From positions 620,001 to 684,000 of the forward strand of contig CDRNST010000060.1 of NCBI GenBank assembly GCA_977016875.1: a stretch of DNA of 64,000 nt, read 5' to 3'. The notes below the pieces were generated by a model, which saw only the letters and a program-made list of their open reading frames with translations, searched no databases and was not told the DNA's origin. Source of the stretch: Pavona decussata. Lineage: Eukaryota. A program made the position numbers and the translations under genes. Below, one piece after another: positions 27,701 through 40,800 of the stretch; within the stretch, counting starts at the first letter, position 1; every line of letters begins with the position of its first letter.

Positions 27701-28720
27701 TTTGTTTAAATTTGGAAGAGAATACTTGTTTTTTTGTTTGCCATTTCGATCCTCACAGTTTCAGCGGAACTTCTGCGAAAGTGGCATGAACAATTTGATT
27801 TTTATTTTAACCTTGTTCGTTCCTTATATTGGGTAGAAATGATATCCTTCCTCATTTATCTACTTTTTTTCACGTTTATGGACTCCAGTGGCCTCAGCAT
27901 TTTCTCCCCTACTGATTTCTTGTAGTTAACAACACTGAGTTATGTAAAAATCATTTTTATTTATTTATAGCATAAGTTATCTAAAAATAAATGTATTGAA
28001 ACTTCAAGAACAGCGGAACAATCCACAGCCTTCCTTAAATCTGTCGAAAACTTTGTTTTTTCCCGTGAAAAATTCTTGGAAAAATTGTTGATGCCAACAT
28101 CGGAAGGTAACTAATTCCTGGGTTCCTACAACTTGGGGGTTGTTTTGATAAACAGAGTAACCAACACTGAATAGTCAAGTTTAAGTACAAACAAATAAAA
28201 CAGCTATTTTTACCACTTGGTGAATTGGTCTCTGGTGGAAAGGGGCATTCTAATTCTTTAGTGGACTACGTGCTAAAGGTGGTCGTTCAAGAATTTCTGC
28301 TTCCTAAAAAATAAGGAAGAGAAAATTAGTTACCCTCTTAACACCTGATATACAATTTTGGGGGAACTTCTGCGAGAGTGTGGAAGCTTGTGGACCTCAC
28401 GCAGTGGTTCTCGCGTTTAACATTAAGTCACATTCACGGGCTATTTAAAACTAGACCAATATTCCCCCCATTGTGATTTCAGATGAATCCGGTAACAACA
28501 TTTATCTCAAGTAGTTATTTGTCTATAAATAATTCAACTGAAACTTTTAAGAAAGACGGATGCTCGTTCTTTGTTTGTCGGAAACTGGTTTGTTTTCCTC
28601 TGAAATTTTCTCGGAAAAATAACGGAGGCTACTGATTCCTGGAAGTTTTAAGATTTTGAAGAAGCCAAACTAACAAAACTAATTTTATAAACCGGCTCAT
28701 AGTGGAAAGGGGCATTCACA
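24760..28720. repeat. Highly decayed tandem array (period about 0.5-0.6 kb)
   Basis: ggaacttctgc at 26739, 27766, 28363; ataaataattcaactgaaa at about 26315 and 28525; cggatgctcgttctttgtt at about 27424 and 28557; tttgttttcctctg.aa at about 24811 and 28589; gtggaaaggggcattc at about 28235 and 28702. Confidence 0.6.
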
Positions 28721-29917
28721 TTGGTTCCCGTAGAGGGCTATTTTGAAAATCACTTGCGTCTGTATTTTCTAGAAAAACGAGGGAGATTAAACTGTTTTCT
28801 GTAAAAAAAGAATCATTTTCCGATATATCTGGCCTACAATTTAGCAGAACTGCTGTAAAGAAACAAAGTTTATTGACCTCGGTGGTCTCCGTGTCGGTCA
28901 CGCCCAAGTAAACTCAACCAATATTTCCAGCACACTGACCTCACGTAGTTCAATAACATCATCTAAATATAAACCATTTGTATTTATTTATAATAAAGGG
29001 TTTATTCCGAGATACGTTAACAACACATCAACAAATTAAATTAGAAATATATGGAAAACGCAAAAATCAGCACTCGTGAGGACAGACCTTCATGTTTTAC
29101 TTCAGTGCTCATTTGTGCTAAGTCATTCAATAATTATCATGGTTATTTTTTCAATGACCACTGTACAAATGAAATCTTTAAAAACTTTGAATTCTCCGTT
29201 TTCAAGTCATAGCCAAAATTGCTTTATTGCGTTTGTTCCTTCACTCCGAATACTATAAGTGATATCAAACAATATTCAAGAAATTCAATAAGAAAGCTTT
29301 ATTACCAAAAGAAAATTTTAAAGTTTTAATTTACAACATAATATACTTATACAAAAATAGGTTAATTTACTCAGTATCACTAAAAAGTTAATCTAACCTC
29401 TTTCCAGGGTTGGAGGTCTTTTAAACGAAAGCTTAGCTTTATTTCAGCAACAAATCCAGTGAACAAAAGTTTTTAAAACATTCTTTATTTATATAAATGA
29501 TATCATTAGAAGCTAGTCACTATTGAAGCATAAAGGGTTAAGAATTTGAAAGGTGTTCTTATGGTAACGTCGTTTTTGTACCTACTGGGTATCCCTGGAT
29601 GGTGAAGTTTGCGTACAGCCATTCTAAAGCTTTAGTCTACTGAAAACACAAGGCCTTGGCAACACTATCTTGTCTTCCTTTAAACAAGATACAATGCTGA
29701 AACCGCTACTAGTATTTCCACTTTGAGTTTCGTAGTTTATAAAAAAACTCTCTTCCAGTAAAAGAACTGAATTATCGAGTACAATTAGCTGGCTTAAGAC
29801 TTCCAGAAGTTCTTTGTCCCGGAACTGCTGAATCTTTAAAGAAAAAAGGCTGTTTTACGGTCGAGAAGTTCTTTGCATTACAAATAACCACAAGCCGTCG
29901 TCCACTTATTTCTTTAT

Positions 29918-30986
29918 TTATTTAGATTTGCCGTTTTTATTTTTTCCAACTTTAGCTAAAGCATATATTTTGTAAGAAAGATCTCGACGTAATTTATCGA
30001 ACAACATCACCGTTGACCTTCTACGTAATCACAACTGAGTACCAAACAAGGACAAAATATTTGTCATAATCAAAAACATGATCAAACATGATCAAAATAT
30101 TGCCCATTTATCCCTTTTAATTTTCTAATATTTTAGGAATCTATTCGTCCATGACATCAATCACTGCCCTTTTGTGACGTTGTTTTCTAGTCGTATGTAA
30201 TATCATAAAAAGTATCTAATTTTTTCCACCCATTTCATTTTCTGTCCACACGAAACCCAACACGCTTCGAAAGTACAAACTTGCGAAAATGGTCTCCAGT
30301 CTCAGTACCTGGCTTTTGAAAATGCATCCGTGTCAACAAGGACAAAACAAAAACGTAAACTTGACCCTTTAACCCCCAAAATCAAAGAACAAATTCTCCT
30401 ATCTGGTCCCCATACTTTTCTTATAAAAGTACTGTGGAGAAGTTATTAAAATATCAAGTAAATTCACCTTATTTAGATTTGCCGTTTTTATTTTTTCCAA
30501 CTTTAGCTAAAGCATATATTTTGTAAGAAAGATCTCGACGTAATTTATCGAACAACATCACCGTTGACCTTCTACGCAATCACAACTTAGTACCAAGCAA
30601 GGACAAAAACACTTGTCATAATCAAAAACATGATCAAAATGTTGCCCATTTATCCCTTTTAATATTTCATTCTCTAATATTTTAGGAATCTATTCGTCTA
30701 TGACATCAATCACTGCCCTTGTGTGACGTTTTCTAATCGTATGTAATATCATAAAAAGTGTCTAATTTTTCCACCCATTTCATTTTCTGTCCACACGAAA
30801 CCAAATACGGGTCTCCAGTCTGAGTACCTGGCTTTTGAAATTGCATCCGTGTGAACAAGGAGAAAACGAAAACGAAAACTTAACCCTTTAACCCCTAATA
30901 TCAAAGAACAAATTCTCCTATCTTGTCCCCATATTTTTCTTATAAAAGTACTGGGGAGAAGTTATTAAAAGATCAAAATTCACCTT
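29918..30986 (+). repeat. Recent direct tandem duplication of about 550 bp
   Basis: 29918-30468 is nearly identical to 30469-30986; each unit ends in an (a)accctttaacccc MITE end also seen at 42463. Confidence 0.9.
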
Positions 30987-33900
30987 GGGTGATCATATCC
31001 TTAATTCTCATGGCCTCAGGCGTTGAATAAGCATGTATATTACAAGGAGAAATTTGATGTTGATCACTGTGGACAACAAAGCGTTAACGTTTGAAAATGA
31101 AAGGTCTTCGTGATACTTAAGGTTTTCTGGTTAAAGTTTTTAAAACTCGTGTAGTTTTTATATTCGTTTTCGTGTGAACAGACAAGATGATCTGTAAACC
31201 GTCGTGTGGACGCAGAACTTTAACAAAAAAGCAAACCCAGTTTCTGAAATAAAATTTTCTGAAAACGTTTTTCAAATGAAAGCTCGGGAATACTACTTTC
31301 CTGTAGTAATTTTTACGTTGAAGTTTAAACACAAAGGAAAGCTATTGAGCGTCGTCTCCTGGTGCTTGGTAAAGGGGCAGTGTCATCTATTTTAGCGTCA
31401 CCTTGAAATACCCACAAAAATATATTTGTATCGATGGAAATGTTGAAATAATGGTCAAGTTTTGTTAACAATAACCCTACTAGTGCACAGAAACTGCGAT
31501 TAATTATCTTCGGCTGCATATGGCTAGGATGGAAATGGATTGTAACATGAAAAAATTGGGAAGTTCGTATAGTGTTCAAGTGGGAAGAAAATCGCTAAAA
31601 CGGACCATGGTTCTATATTCCTTGGACAAATCACTTAACTCTTTCTTCCCGGTGCTCTAACAACGATTTTATGACCTTTCATGGTAGAGAAAAAGTACTT
31701 TGTCAAATTTTGACGAAATTAGAGCAAACTGAATATCTGTGACAGTAACCCCTTAAAACAGTTGAAAAAAATCTAAAAGAACTTTGAGCGGCGTTGCCCA
31801 CGAACGTACTAAGGATTAACAATATTGTTTGCTTTGTAATACAAACTAAGAACGTCATACAAAATGATTTATTCAGACAGTATTGGACTGTGTAGCAAAG
31901 TTAATTCACCGCTCCAGTTGAATCGGTATTTATATTCGAAAGACTAAATTAGAATCGACAGGAAATTGCTAAAATAGAAAGGTAATATGGATTCGGCTCA
32001 GAGACATCACCGAAAAAGAAAGGCACAGTTTTTCTAAAAAAGACCGAGGAGTCTGCGGAATATTTAAAGTGGATTGGTTTTAATGCGGTTCGCGGTATTC
32101 GCGCAAAGCGGACGCGTTTGTAACTGACTCTAAAGTCAACTGAGCAGACGACATTGTTTGTTTTTCTATTCTGAGTTAATTTGTTAGTAGAGAAAAAGCC
32201 ACTAATTATGCTCAAGCTTGTTGTACTTAGCGGCAAACAAAGTTTATCGACCTACCTTTGTTTCGTTCTTTTGTCGCACAATACTGCGCCGAGTTTTCCG
32301 CCGGAATTGGCCAAGATGTTCTTTTGTGGTTTTTACCGAAACTTTTCCGTCTTGTAAGGTGAGAAGATTACACAATTCCGCCACTAATTTCTGTGGGAAA
32401 AAGGAGAAAAGAAACGTGACAAACTCGACGGTTTTTTTTTTTTATTTAAAAGAGGTATTTTTGTCTGAGTGTTAATGGCCTTATGTGAAGCGGTGGACAA
32501 CAAAGCGAACTTCGACTTGTTTAGCTTAACAGTCGACCACGTGTCTTGAACTAGGCTTTGTTGTCTACCTTTATGATCTGAAGGCTAAAATGCGTTAACA
32601 ACGCAACACAAAAATGCAGCAAAGGGGGTCAGGACTCAAAAGAACGGAAAGAATTTCCCTTTACACAATTTGACATTTGCTTCAAAATTTTCGTCAGAAT
32701 TTTAATCATTTTAGGCAAGCCCACATGGAAATATTGATTCTTCTTTCTGATTGGTGGAATTTTCGAGACGAAATCATCATATGACGATACAGTTATTGTT
32801 CATAATTATCACTAGCCTCTTCACCTACGTTCCTGATGTACTAGCTATACTATGTTTGGTCGTGTTGATATTGTCATGACATGTAAAATGTTGATAATTC
32901 TACTCCTACTTTGGATAAAGAGAGTTAGGTTTAAATACCAAAATAGGCAAAACCGGAATCAATGAACTCTGATCGCAAACAAAAAAGAGAGTTTCTACAG
33001 TAACGATAAATTTGTCGACGTCTACCTAATTGGGATATTACAGCTAATCATGGGAAAAACGTTTAGCAAACCCACTGGAAATCTGAAATATAGCACGTGT
33101 ATTCTAAAAGTAACCGAAGTAACGTAATCTGCTAGTTTTCTTTACTCAATAAAATATTTCATTTTCTCCATGAATCCCGCACACGATTCCTTAAGCGCCT
33201 TTCAGTTCTGAGGTCAGTGTTGAGTTGTTCTCGCATTAGAGTAAGATTGACAAAGGAAAGAAGGGGCTAAATTTATTACGCTGTTCTAAGGCTTGTCTGT
33301 CGGCTAAGTGTCTACAAACGGTATTGTTTAGCAGCTTGTATTGTGAATAACCCGATACATGGTCCTGGAGTAACAATGATGTCTGAACCATTGTAATAAT
33401 GACGGTCTGAATTGCATAAGCAAAAACTCATTCGTCAGCCATCGGTCACAAAACTCCTTCTTACAAATTACACTCCTTTATAAGAACGTCTAATTTGGAG
33501 GTTGAGGTTGAACATTATTTTTTATTTATTTATTTATTTTACAGTTTTTAAGCGTTTTGAAGTTAAGTTATCTGTCATGTTGTTTCTATAAATCAATTCG
33601 TACTTGACCAGGAACCTTCAAAAAGCCTTATTTGCCGTAACGTGGTACGTGTATCAAGTTGCTTGCGAGGCCTTATTTAGTGTTGTGTACAAGAGAACGT
33701 GCCAACTAACTCTCAACAAATTTGGCTTTACGAAAAGTGTTCAACACAGAGGGGTGTTTGTAACGTGACAAAAAAAAATTGATACTGCTCGTTTAATGGT
33801 CAAATAAGACATTCTTCACTGACTCTCCCTGTACTTAGTATGTTCGACTTCTTGAAATTTTGGTTTGTCTCCCTCTCAATGTTGTTGTAAATAGGTCCTT

Positions 33901-34021
33901 ACAAAAAAGCGTAATTTTCTTGATATTTAACCAAGAGACCTTGCCATGCAAAGTAATTTAACTTTTAATTAAAAGGTATTTAAATTGTTCACTTTGCTAA
34001 GTATTGAAGATTATTTTTTTC

Positions 34022-34527
34022 AGTCTCGTGTTCCCAATTGTATAGTGTCTGGGTCGAAGACGTAATTTCGCTTGGTAGGTGAAATAAACTGATAATATTG
34101 TTAACACTGCGTAGCGTCTTGTTCAGGTGATACAAAAGGTTTTGATATTCTTTAACGCGATTAAGTTCGGTTTTTGTTCACCGACCTTTCGGCAGTGCTG
34201 CCTTCTTCAGGGTGGCATGCCACCCTGGAGAAGGCTGCACTGCCAAAACGTCGGTGAACAAAAACCGAACTTAATAGCGTTAAAGGTGAAATAAACTCAC
34301 CGGCAATTAATATATTTAATCTAGGAGGTCGAAACAGTGTAACGTCTCCCGTTAAGTAAATTATGAAGTTTATTAATACATCCGTTTTTTCCAGGCTAAC
34401 CGTATTAACTTCTAATTTACGTAATCAGGAAAAGTTACACTGGTTTGACCTACTGGATTAGATATATTAATTGCAGACGAAATTACGTTTGCCACCCAGA
34501 CAGTGTAACAATTGGCAACACGAGACT
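34022..34527. mobile_element. MITE with ~50-bp TIRs containing a nested 136-bp palindrome
   Basis: agtctcgtgttcccaattgt...gacgtaatttcg (34022-34070) is inverted at 34477-34527; inner palindrome at 34150-34285. Confidence 0.7.
34150..34285. repeat. Near-perfect 136-bp palindrome of two head-to-head minimal hammerhead-like motifs
   Basis: Centre ggcA|Tgcc at 34217/34218; arm consensus cacc-CTGAAGA-aggcag ca ctgcc-GAAA-cgtc-ggtg. Confidence 0.8.
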
Positions 34528-34760
34528 TTTAAATAAGACAGAAGATGTTAAGTAACAACAACCTTGGACACGACAAAATCATTCTGACATCACAAAAGTA
34601 CGGTGACTAACCTGAAATTAATTGTTTTTATTTAATTACTAATTGAGCAAAGTTAGATCTTATGTCCTAATCAGACAAGTAGACAGCATTGTAATAACAC
34701 CAGACATAAAGAGAATAAAGGTGTTTAGAATTTACAATAGCACAGGACTAACAACACAGG

Positions 34761-34767
34761 TATATAA
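34761..34767 (+). promoter_or_regulatory. TATA box of Pinhead-like A
   Basis: TATATAA followed about 30 nt later by Inr-like tcattc/tcagt; ATG at 34838. Confidence 0.6.
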
Positions 34768-34837
34768 CGCAACTTCAACTCAACCGACTCAACCTCATTC
34801 AGTCAGTTAGTCAGCCATTTGGAAGAGAACTCTCAAA

Positions 34838-37800
34838 ATGACACGGCTGTTTCAGATTATATTTATATGCCTTGTGACTTGCAAAGTTGGGAGCACACTA
34901 GATCTAGAGAGGCTAAATCAAGGTTTGTACATATTTTCTTTCCCGTTTTTTCCCACAGCGCATCACGCCCACAGTTTTTTGAAAGAGTGGATTACTTACA
35001 AAGTGATGATAACTTTATCCAGCGGATAAATGGCTATCCAGAGGATCAAATGTATTACTCAGGTCCCGGTTGTTTAAAGAGCGGATAACTTTGATGGATA
35101 AGTCGCTATCCAGTGGATAAAATGTACCCCTGTGAATGGATTTTATCCCGGCTGGAGAGCAATTTATCCAATAGATAAAGGTATCCGCTCTTTGAGCAAC
35201 TGGATCCAGGAGTACATAATTTTATCTACTGGAAAGCGATTTATCCCCTGAATAACTGACGTAATCCACTCTTTGAACAACCGGGGCAGCTGCTGTGGAA
35301 ACTAAGACCCTGTTCTTTGACCACTTTGGTTGATGTTTCCCAACAGAATACTAGTTTGAAGCCGATTTGTGGCTGAAATAATGTGTGTTATTGGTTCGAT
35401 CCTGATTGCCACGGCTGTTCACAACTGAACAACCCGCAAATGATTTTTCCCAATAGAAGATGAAAACTCAACCAACCACAAACAGAACACAATTTAAGTG
35501 CCACTATGTTTCGCAAGGTCTGAACGAAGTATCAAACCGTTTCCGTTTATCAGTGCATGTGTAGTATGCGTTAATCGAATCAGGTTTTTGTGTTCTTTTG
35601 GGAGTAAACTCTTTCGTTTGGTTCAAGTTGAACAGCATCGAACCTAGCCTGGTTCAGTGAATCTGCTGAATGTTATTTTCCGACGAATGAAAAAAGGGTT
35701 TGAAAAGTGCTTTTACTATTCACGGGACATGAGGTTGAAGGCGTTGACTATCACGCAGGAATTCATAATGAGGGGGATAGGGGAGGAAAAGTCAGAGGAA
35801 AAGCCTAACACTCAGGGCCCGGTTGTTCGAGAGCCGATTAACGTTAATCCACGATTAAAAGTTAACCGAGGTTTTCTGCTCCTTCGTCAAAATTTTAAGC
35901 TAGTGGTAAAGAAAAGTCAACGTCAAAACTGAGGGACAAAAATCTCTTTGAAAAATCTTTTATTGTTGTGTAATTAAACTCGAACCAAAGTTGTCGTTAA
36001 TACAGGATTAGCTTAATCGGGCTTTGAACAACTGGGCCCTGGGCCGGTTTGTTCGAAAGCCGATTAACGCTAATCCACGATTAAAAGTTTATCGAGGCTT
36101 TCATCGTCGCTCGTTAAAATGGGTTTAAAGGCTACTTTCAAACTAAAAATAAAGAAAAGTCTTGGTCAAAACTGAGGGCCGAAAATCTTTTGGAAGAATC
36201 TTTGTTGATTAGCAATTATACTCGAGTCAAAATTTGCCTTAATCCAGGATTAGCTTAATCGGGCTTTGAACAATTGGGCCCATGTTTAACTAATCGTCAC
36301 TTTTTCAGCCGGTTTGTCACTACTGCATGACTATCAAATCCGCCATCTTAGTTTGAACTTTACCTGTCGTAAATCTAAACGCATTTTTCAAAGATTTATC
36401 ATTATTATGTTATCATTTGGAAACGTGTCTACTGGTGAACTCTTCATACTGTGTTTGTCAGCAAAACGGATAACAATTAATTCATTCATTCTTCGGGTAC
36501 AACAGAGATAGAATTCACCGAGTCCTCGATTTCCTGTTGAGTGTCCCTTGCAATAGTATCCATGTAGTTAGCGTGCCTTCTTCCCCTGTTTGGATATAGC
36601 AGTCTCCAACAGACAACGTTTGAGAAGACTTTGTCCGTGGCACGAAAACAACGGCCGGCAAAGCGTACTCTACGTTGTGCAACAATGATGGCCATATAGA
36701 AAGAATGTCTCATAGATCTGTGCCTTAGTTCGATGGTTCCACCAGGAGATGCTCTGTACTCTCATAAGAAGAGGTCTGGTGTAGGTAGCATCCACCCGAT
36801 TTTGTACCTCTTTTTTTCATGGTCCACTTTCTGCACCATAAAAAAGGATGCTTTCCACACAAGCCCTGAAGTAAGCCAATTTAGTGGACTTTGAGATGCA
36901 AGATTGCCAGATATAATGCAGCTTGTTACAGGCATTCCATACTTGTCCCTTGCGTGATATGAAGTCCTTCTTGCTCTCTGTAGCAAACGAGCCGAACTAC
37001 TTAAAATCAATGACCACCTTGAGCTAATTGGGCTACCGTCTTCGGAGCAGATAGGTTGATGTTGTCATCCATGTACTCAGTCTTCTTTGAATTGAGAAAG
37101 AGGCCAACCCTGGCAGCAGCATCCTTTAAAGATAGTCGTAATCATACCCTATGGGGTCCCCCCTATAAAGGGTCGCACACTTGACTCTAATACGATGCTA
37201 CTCTTGACAGTAAGGGTCCAAAAGAATCGCTTCGCCCTAATCAGCATTTGCTAAAATAACGTACTGATTGCACTTCTTCTGTATCCAGGTAGCCGATTGC
37301 CGACACTGCCCGACAGCGCCATTGGCCTGTGGCTCCAACAGCAAAAAATGGTGAAGAGGGTATGTCACAGGTATACCACGGAAAAAGTACACACAGGTAA
37401 GTACTGCGAGTGATAAACAAAAGGATGTGGGCTATGATAACAAGTTAATACGTAAGATGTGTAAGTGTTGCAAGAAAACTGTGGTGCGAGACTAGACTGT
37501 CTTAGACAAAACTGATTGTAAGACTGGCGCTGTGGCAAAAGGCAATGCTACTTAGGCCAATGTTTCTACCAGTACAACTCCTGCAGGCAGAAGCACCAGT
37601 GCAGTTTATTTGTGCATTGTGATCCTCTGCATTCAAACGTTTTGAGCCTGTCAGTAGCAAAACGTTATAAGACTCTGAAGTCGTCCCATGTCTCGGACCA
37701 ATTGGAAGAGTAGCAAAACCCCTGAGTGATAATCACAAAATGCTTTTTTTTTTTTTAAGGAACTTAAATTCAGTTTTTAAGCGGTATCAAAGGACTTAAA

Positions 37801-40800
37801 ATGGTTCATGTTAACTGTGTTACTGTTAACTGAAACAGATATTCAAGCTAAGTGAATCAGCTATAGTTTCACATAGTATCACTGTAATGATCTGTTATAT
37901 CAAAGGAAGAAAGCAAGTAAACGTGTAAAAGCAAGGTATAACGTACTATGTGAAAATATGGTTCACCGGCGAGGATTCAAACCCCGGTCTCCTGCATTCA
38001 CTGGGCAGAGGTGATAACAGCTACACAACTAACAAGCGAACCCACAGTAGAAGCGGACGGAATAGCCATACTAACTCTTATTACATCACTGAGATCACGG
38101 CATCGCTCACTCAGCACTGGAAGTCTGATTTCACTTTGGATCGACTTATCACTCGCGTGATTTGTTCTCTCGCGCGGTGATCATGCGTTACGCTTCGTGA
38201 TTGTAGCACGCGCAAACTGTGAACCGTTAGATAAGCGTCTGCTTATTTGTCACTTTTTAAACCGACGAAGGCCGAAGATTTTCGGCCGAAACGTCTTGCT
38301 AATTTTTTTTTTTATAAACGTTTGGTTTTTAACGTTTCTAGAAGTCAGAGTCATACACCTTTTAGATTACATTATGTCCATTCCGGACTGCAATTTCAGT
38401 ATCTTTAACAGAAACCTGAATATGAATACTGTTAATTCACGGGTTAGATCATAGATGAGGACGTTTTCTACGGTTTTGCCGTGTCGTAATTGCTAACGTT
38501 CCTTAACAAAGTTCAGACAGAAATAAACTACAACGCAAATTGCCTTTGTCTTAAATTTGTTCACGCTACGAACTGGCATTGAAACGAAGGTTGTCTTCGC
38601 GGAGCTCACGCGCGCGTCACCCTCATGAATATTCACACGCGAGTCACCCTCGTGACATCCGCGTTCCACGTTTGGGAGGAAATATACCGAGTTGGCTGTG
38701 CGCATGGAACATTTAAAGGTAAATTTTAATCGCGAGAAAATCTATTAACGCGGTAGTTACTGTATACGGTGTTCGACACGAGTTTGGTTAGAAATACGAC
38801 GATAGCTTCCTTTGTCACAGTTACAAAATGATTGTCAACAGAAACAGTATTCTTTTTCACCTTGACCGTTTTACGCGAACCGAATACGTTAATCTATATT
38901 GACAAAAAAAAGAAAAACACTTCATTGATCCCAGCGGAACAAAAAGCTTCTTATCAAGTGTTTTGATTCGTAAGGACGAAGCTTAGAAGTTATTTTCATG
39001 TTCAAAGTGTTTGAATGATATTGTCAGAGTTTTATCTCACTTGAAATAAAGGATAAACACTCATAATCTCCCGTCCCCTCTTAGAACTGATGTCTCACTC
39101 TTTCGGGTGCCAATTCGAGATTTTATGACCTAGAAATTGGTGTTAATTTTCGTTAAATTCTTACTCTAAGATTACGAAGGTTCTGTTACCCACTCTGGTA
39201 CAAGAAATACCGTAAGTCATAATCGGAAAAAGTCAAAATTTATATGAATTTTATGAAAAACAAACAGTACCACAGGAAGTTCACTAAGTTTCCATAACTT
39301 TCAATTGAATACCTACACTTTAGAAACTCCTTGCACAACACAATTAACTTCACCACAGACAGTGAAAGCACTACTCAAGAAAACTTTCACATGATTAATA
39401 GCCACGCACTCGGAAGCTAAGACCATATTGTAGAGTATAATAGACAGCACGACACGTGAAGTCGGTAAATACATTTAACGGTCACACTTGTGGTTTTTAA
39501 CCACCACAACTTTCTACAACAAAATAAACACCACCACAGGAAAGTATAAACGCCCAACAATTGGCAACAATTCAGGATTTTATCCACAGAATCAAAAGTA
39601 GAACCACGTCACAGAGCATGATAAACAATACAAAACGAAAGGATACCTATAGCTTTCCTTTGAATGAAAACCTTTTCTTTTTTGGCTTTTTTCCAGACTC
39701 AAAAGTTAGAAACATCTTACACAGCATATATCACCTTATAAAGCGCAACCAAAACAGTAAGAAAGAGCAGACAAACAGACTCAAAAGTTCGAACCACCGT
39801 AGCATAATAAACAGCATCAAAACGGGAAAAGTTGTTTTAAGGATCTTTTCCACATACTCAGACGAAACTTCAACAACGCGTTAAATGGCTTGAGGTTTGT
39901 CTCTGGAAGGAAATGGTGGAGAATCACGAGATCGCATGACGTTCTTTGCGGGAAAAGAAGCCCCTGACTTGATCTGACAAACAGGCTCTAATATCAACCA
40001 TATTTGCGTATATTGAGATCAAGGACGCGAAAATCATAACAGGAATACGGAAGGAGCTTAACGAGAGGATAATAAGGCAATACTGCAAATCCACAAGGGT
40101 TTCTGCACACCAAAAACGAAATAGTGCGTGATGCAACTGGAATAAAAGTTAAGTAGACACTAGAAGCATTGGCTTTCTTAAGTGTTTTCAAAATTCTTGA
40201 AGGTTGTTGATCCACGTGGAAACCGCAGAAAAGTAAGAGAGATTAGATTAGGTTGGGGGGAGGGGGAAGGGAGCGAGACCCCACGCACGCTTTCGCGCGA
40301 TCTCCTCGTGTTTTCGACCGATCCTTCTCGCGCTTCGCGCTCGATTTGTCACCCAGTATTTCCACTTTCAGCGCCTTTCTCACAGAATTGAATAGAATAG
40401 AATATTCTTTATTTAAACATGGTAAAATCCATTAGGAGTATAAAAATTAAAAATAATCTAACTATCCTAAAGAAAATTCAAAACCTAACTACAACTAATC
40501 TAACTAAAACCTCTTCTTCGTGAATGCCGTGTATACTCTAACATTAAAAATGAACAGTGACTAATCTTTTAAATTGACTTAGAGATTTAGCTTCTCTCAC
40601 ATCACAGGGCAGGCTGTTCCAGAGAACTGCTCCGTGTTGTCCGTGTTAGTATACCATTTTCCTTAGAGATTATCCAAGTTATTTCAAGTGTGTGCATTTT
40701 TTCAACAGTTCTCAAGATTTTAAATTTACTAGAATGAGACACTTATTGCATTCACAGGAACTGGACGAAAAATTCATTTGGCAGACTGTATAACACGTCT

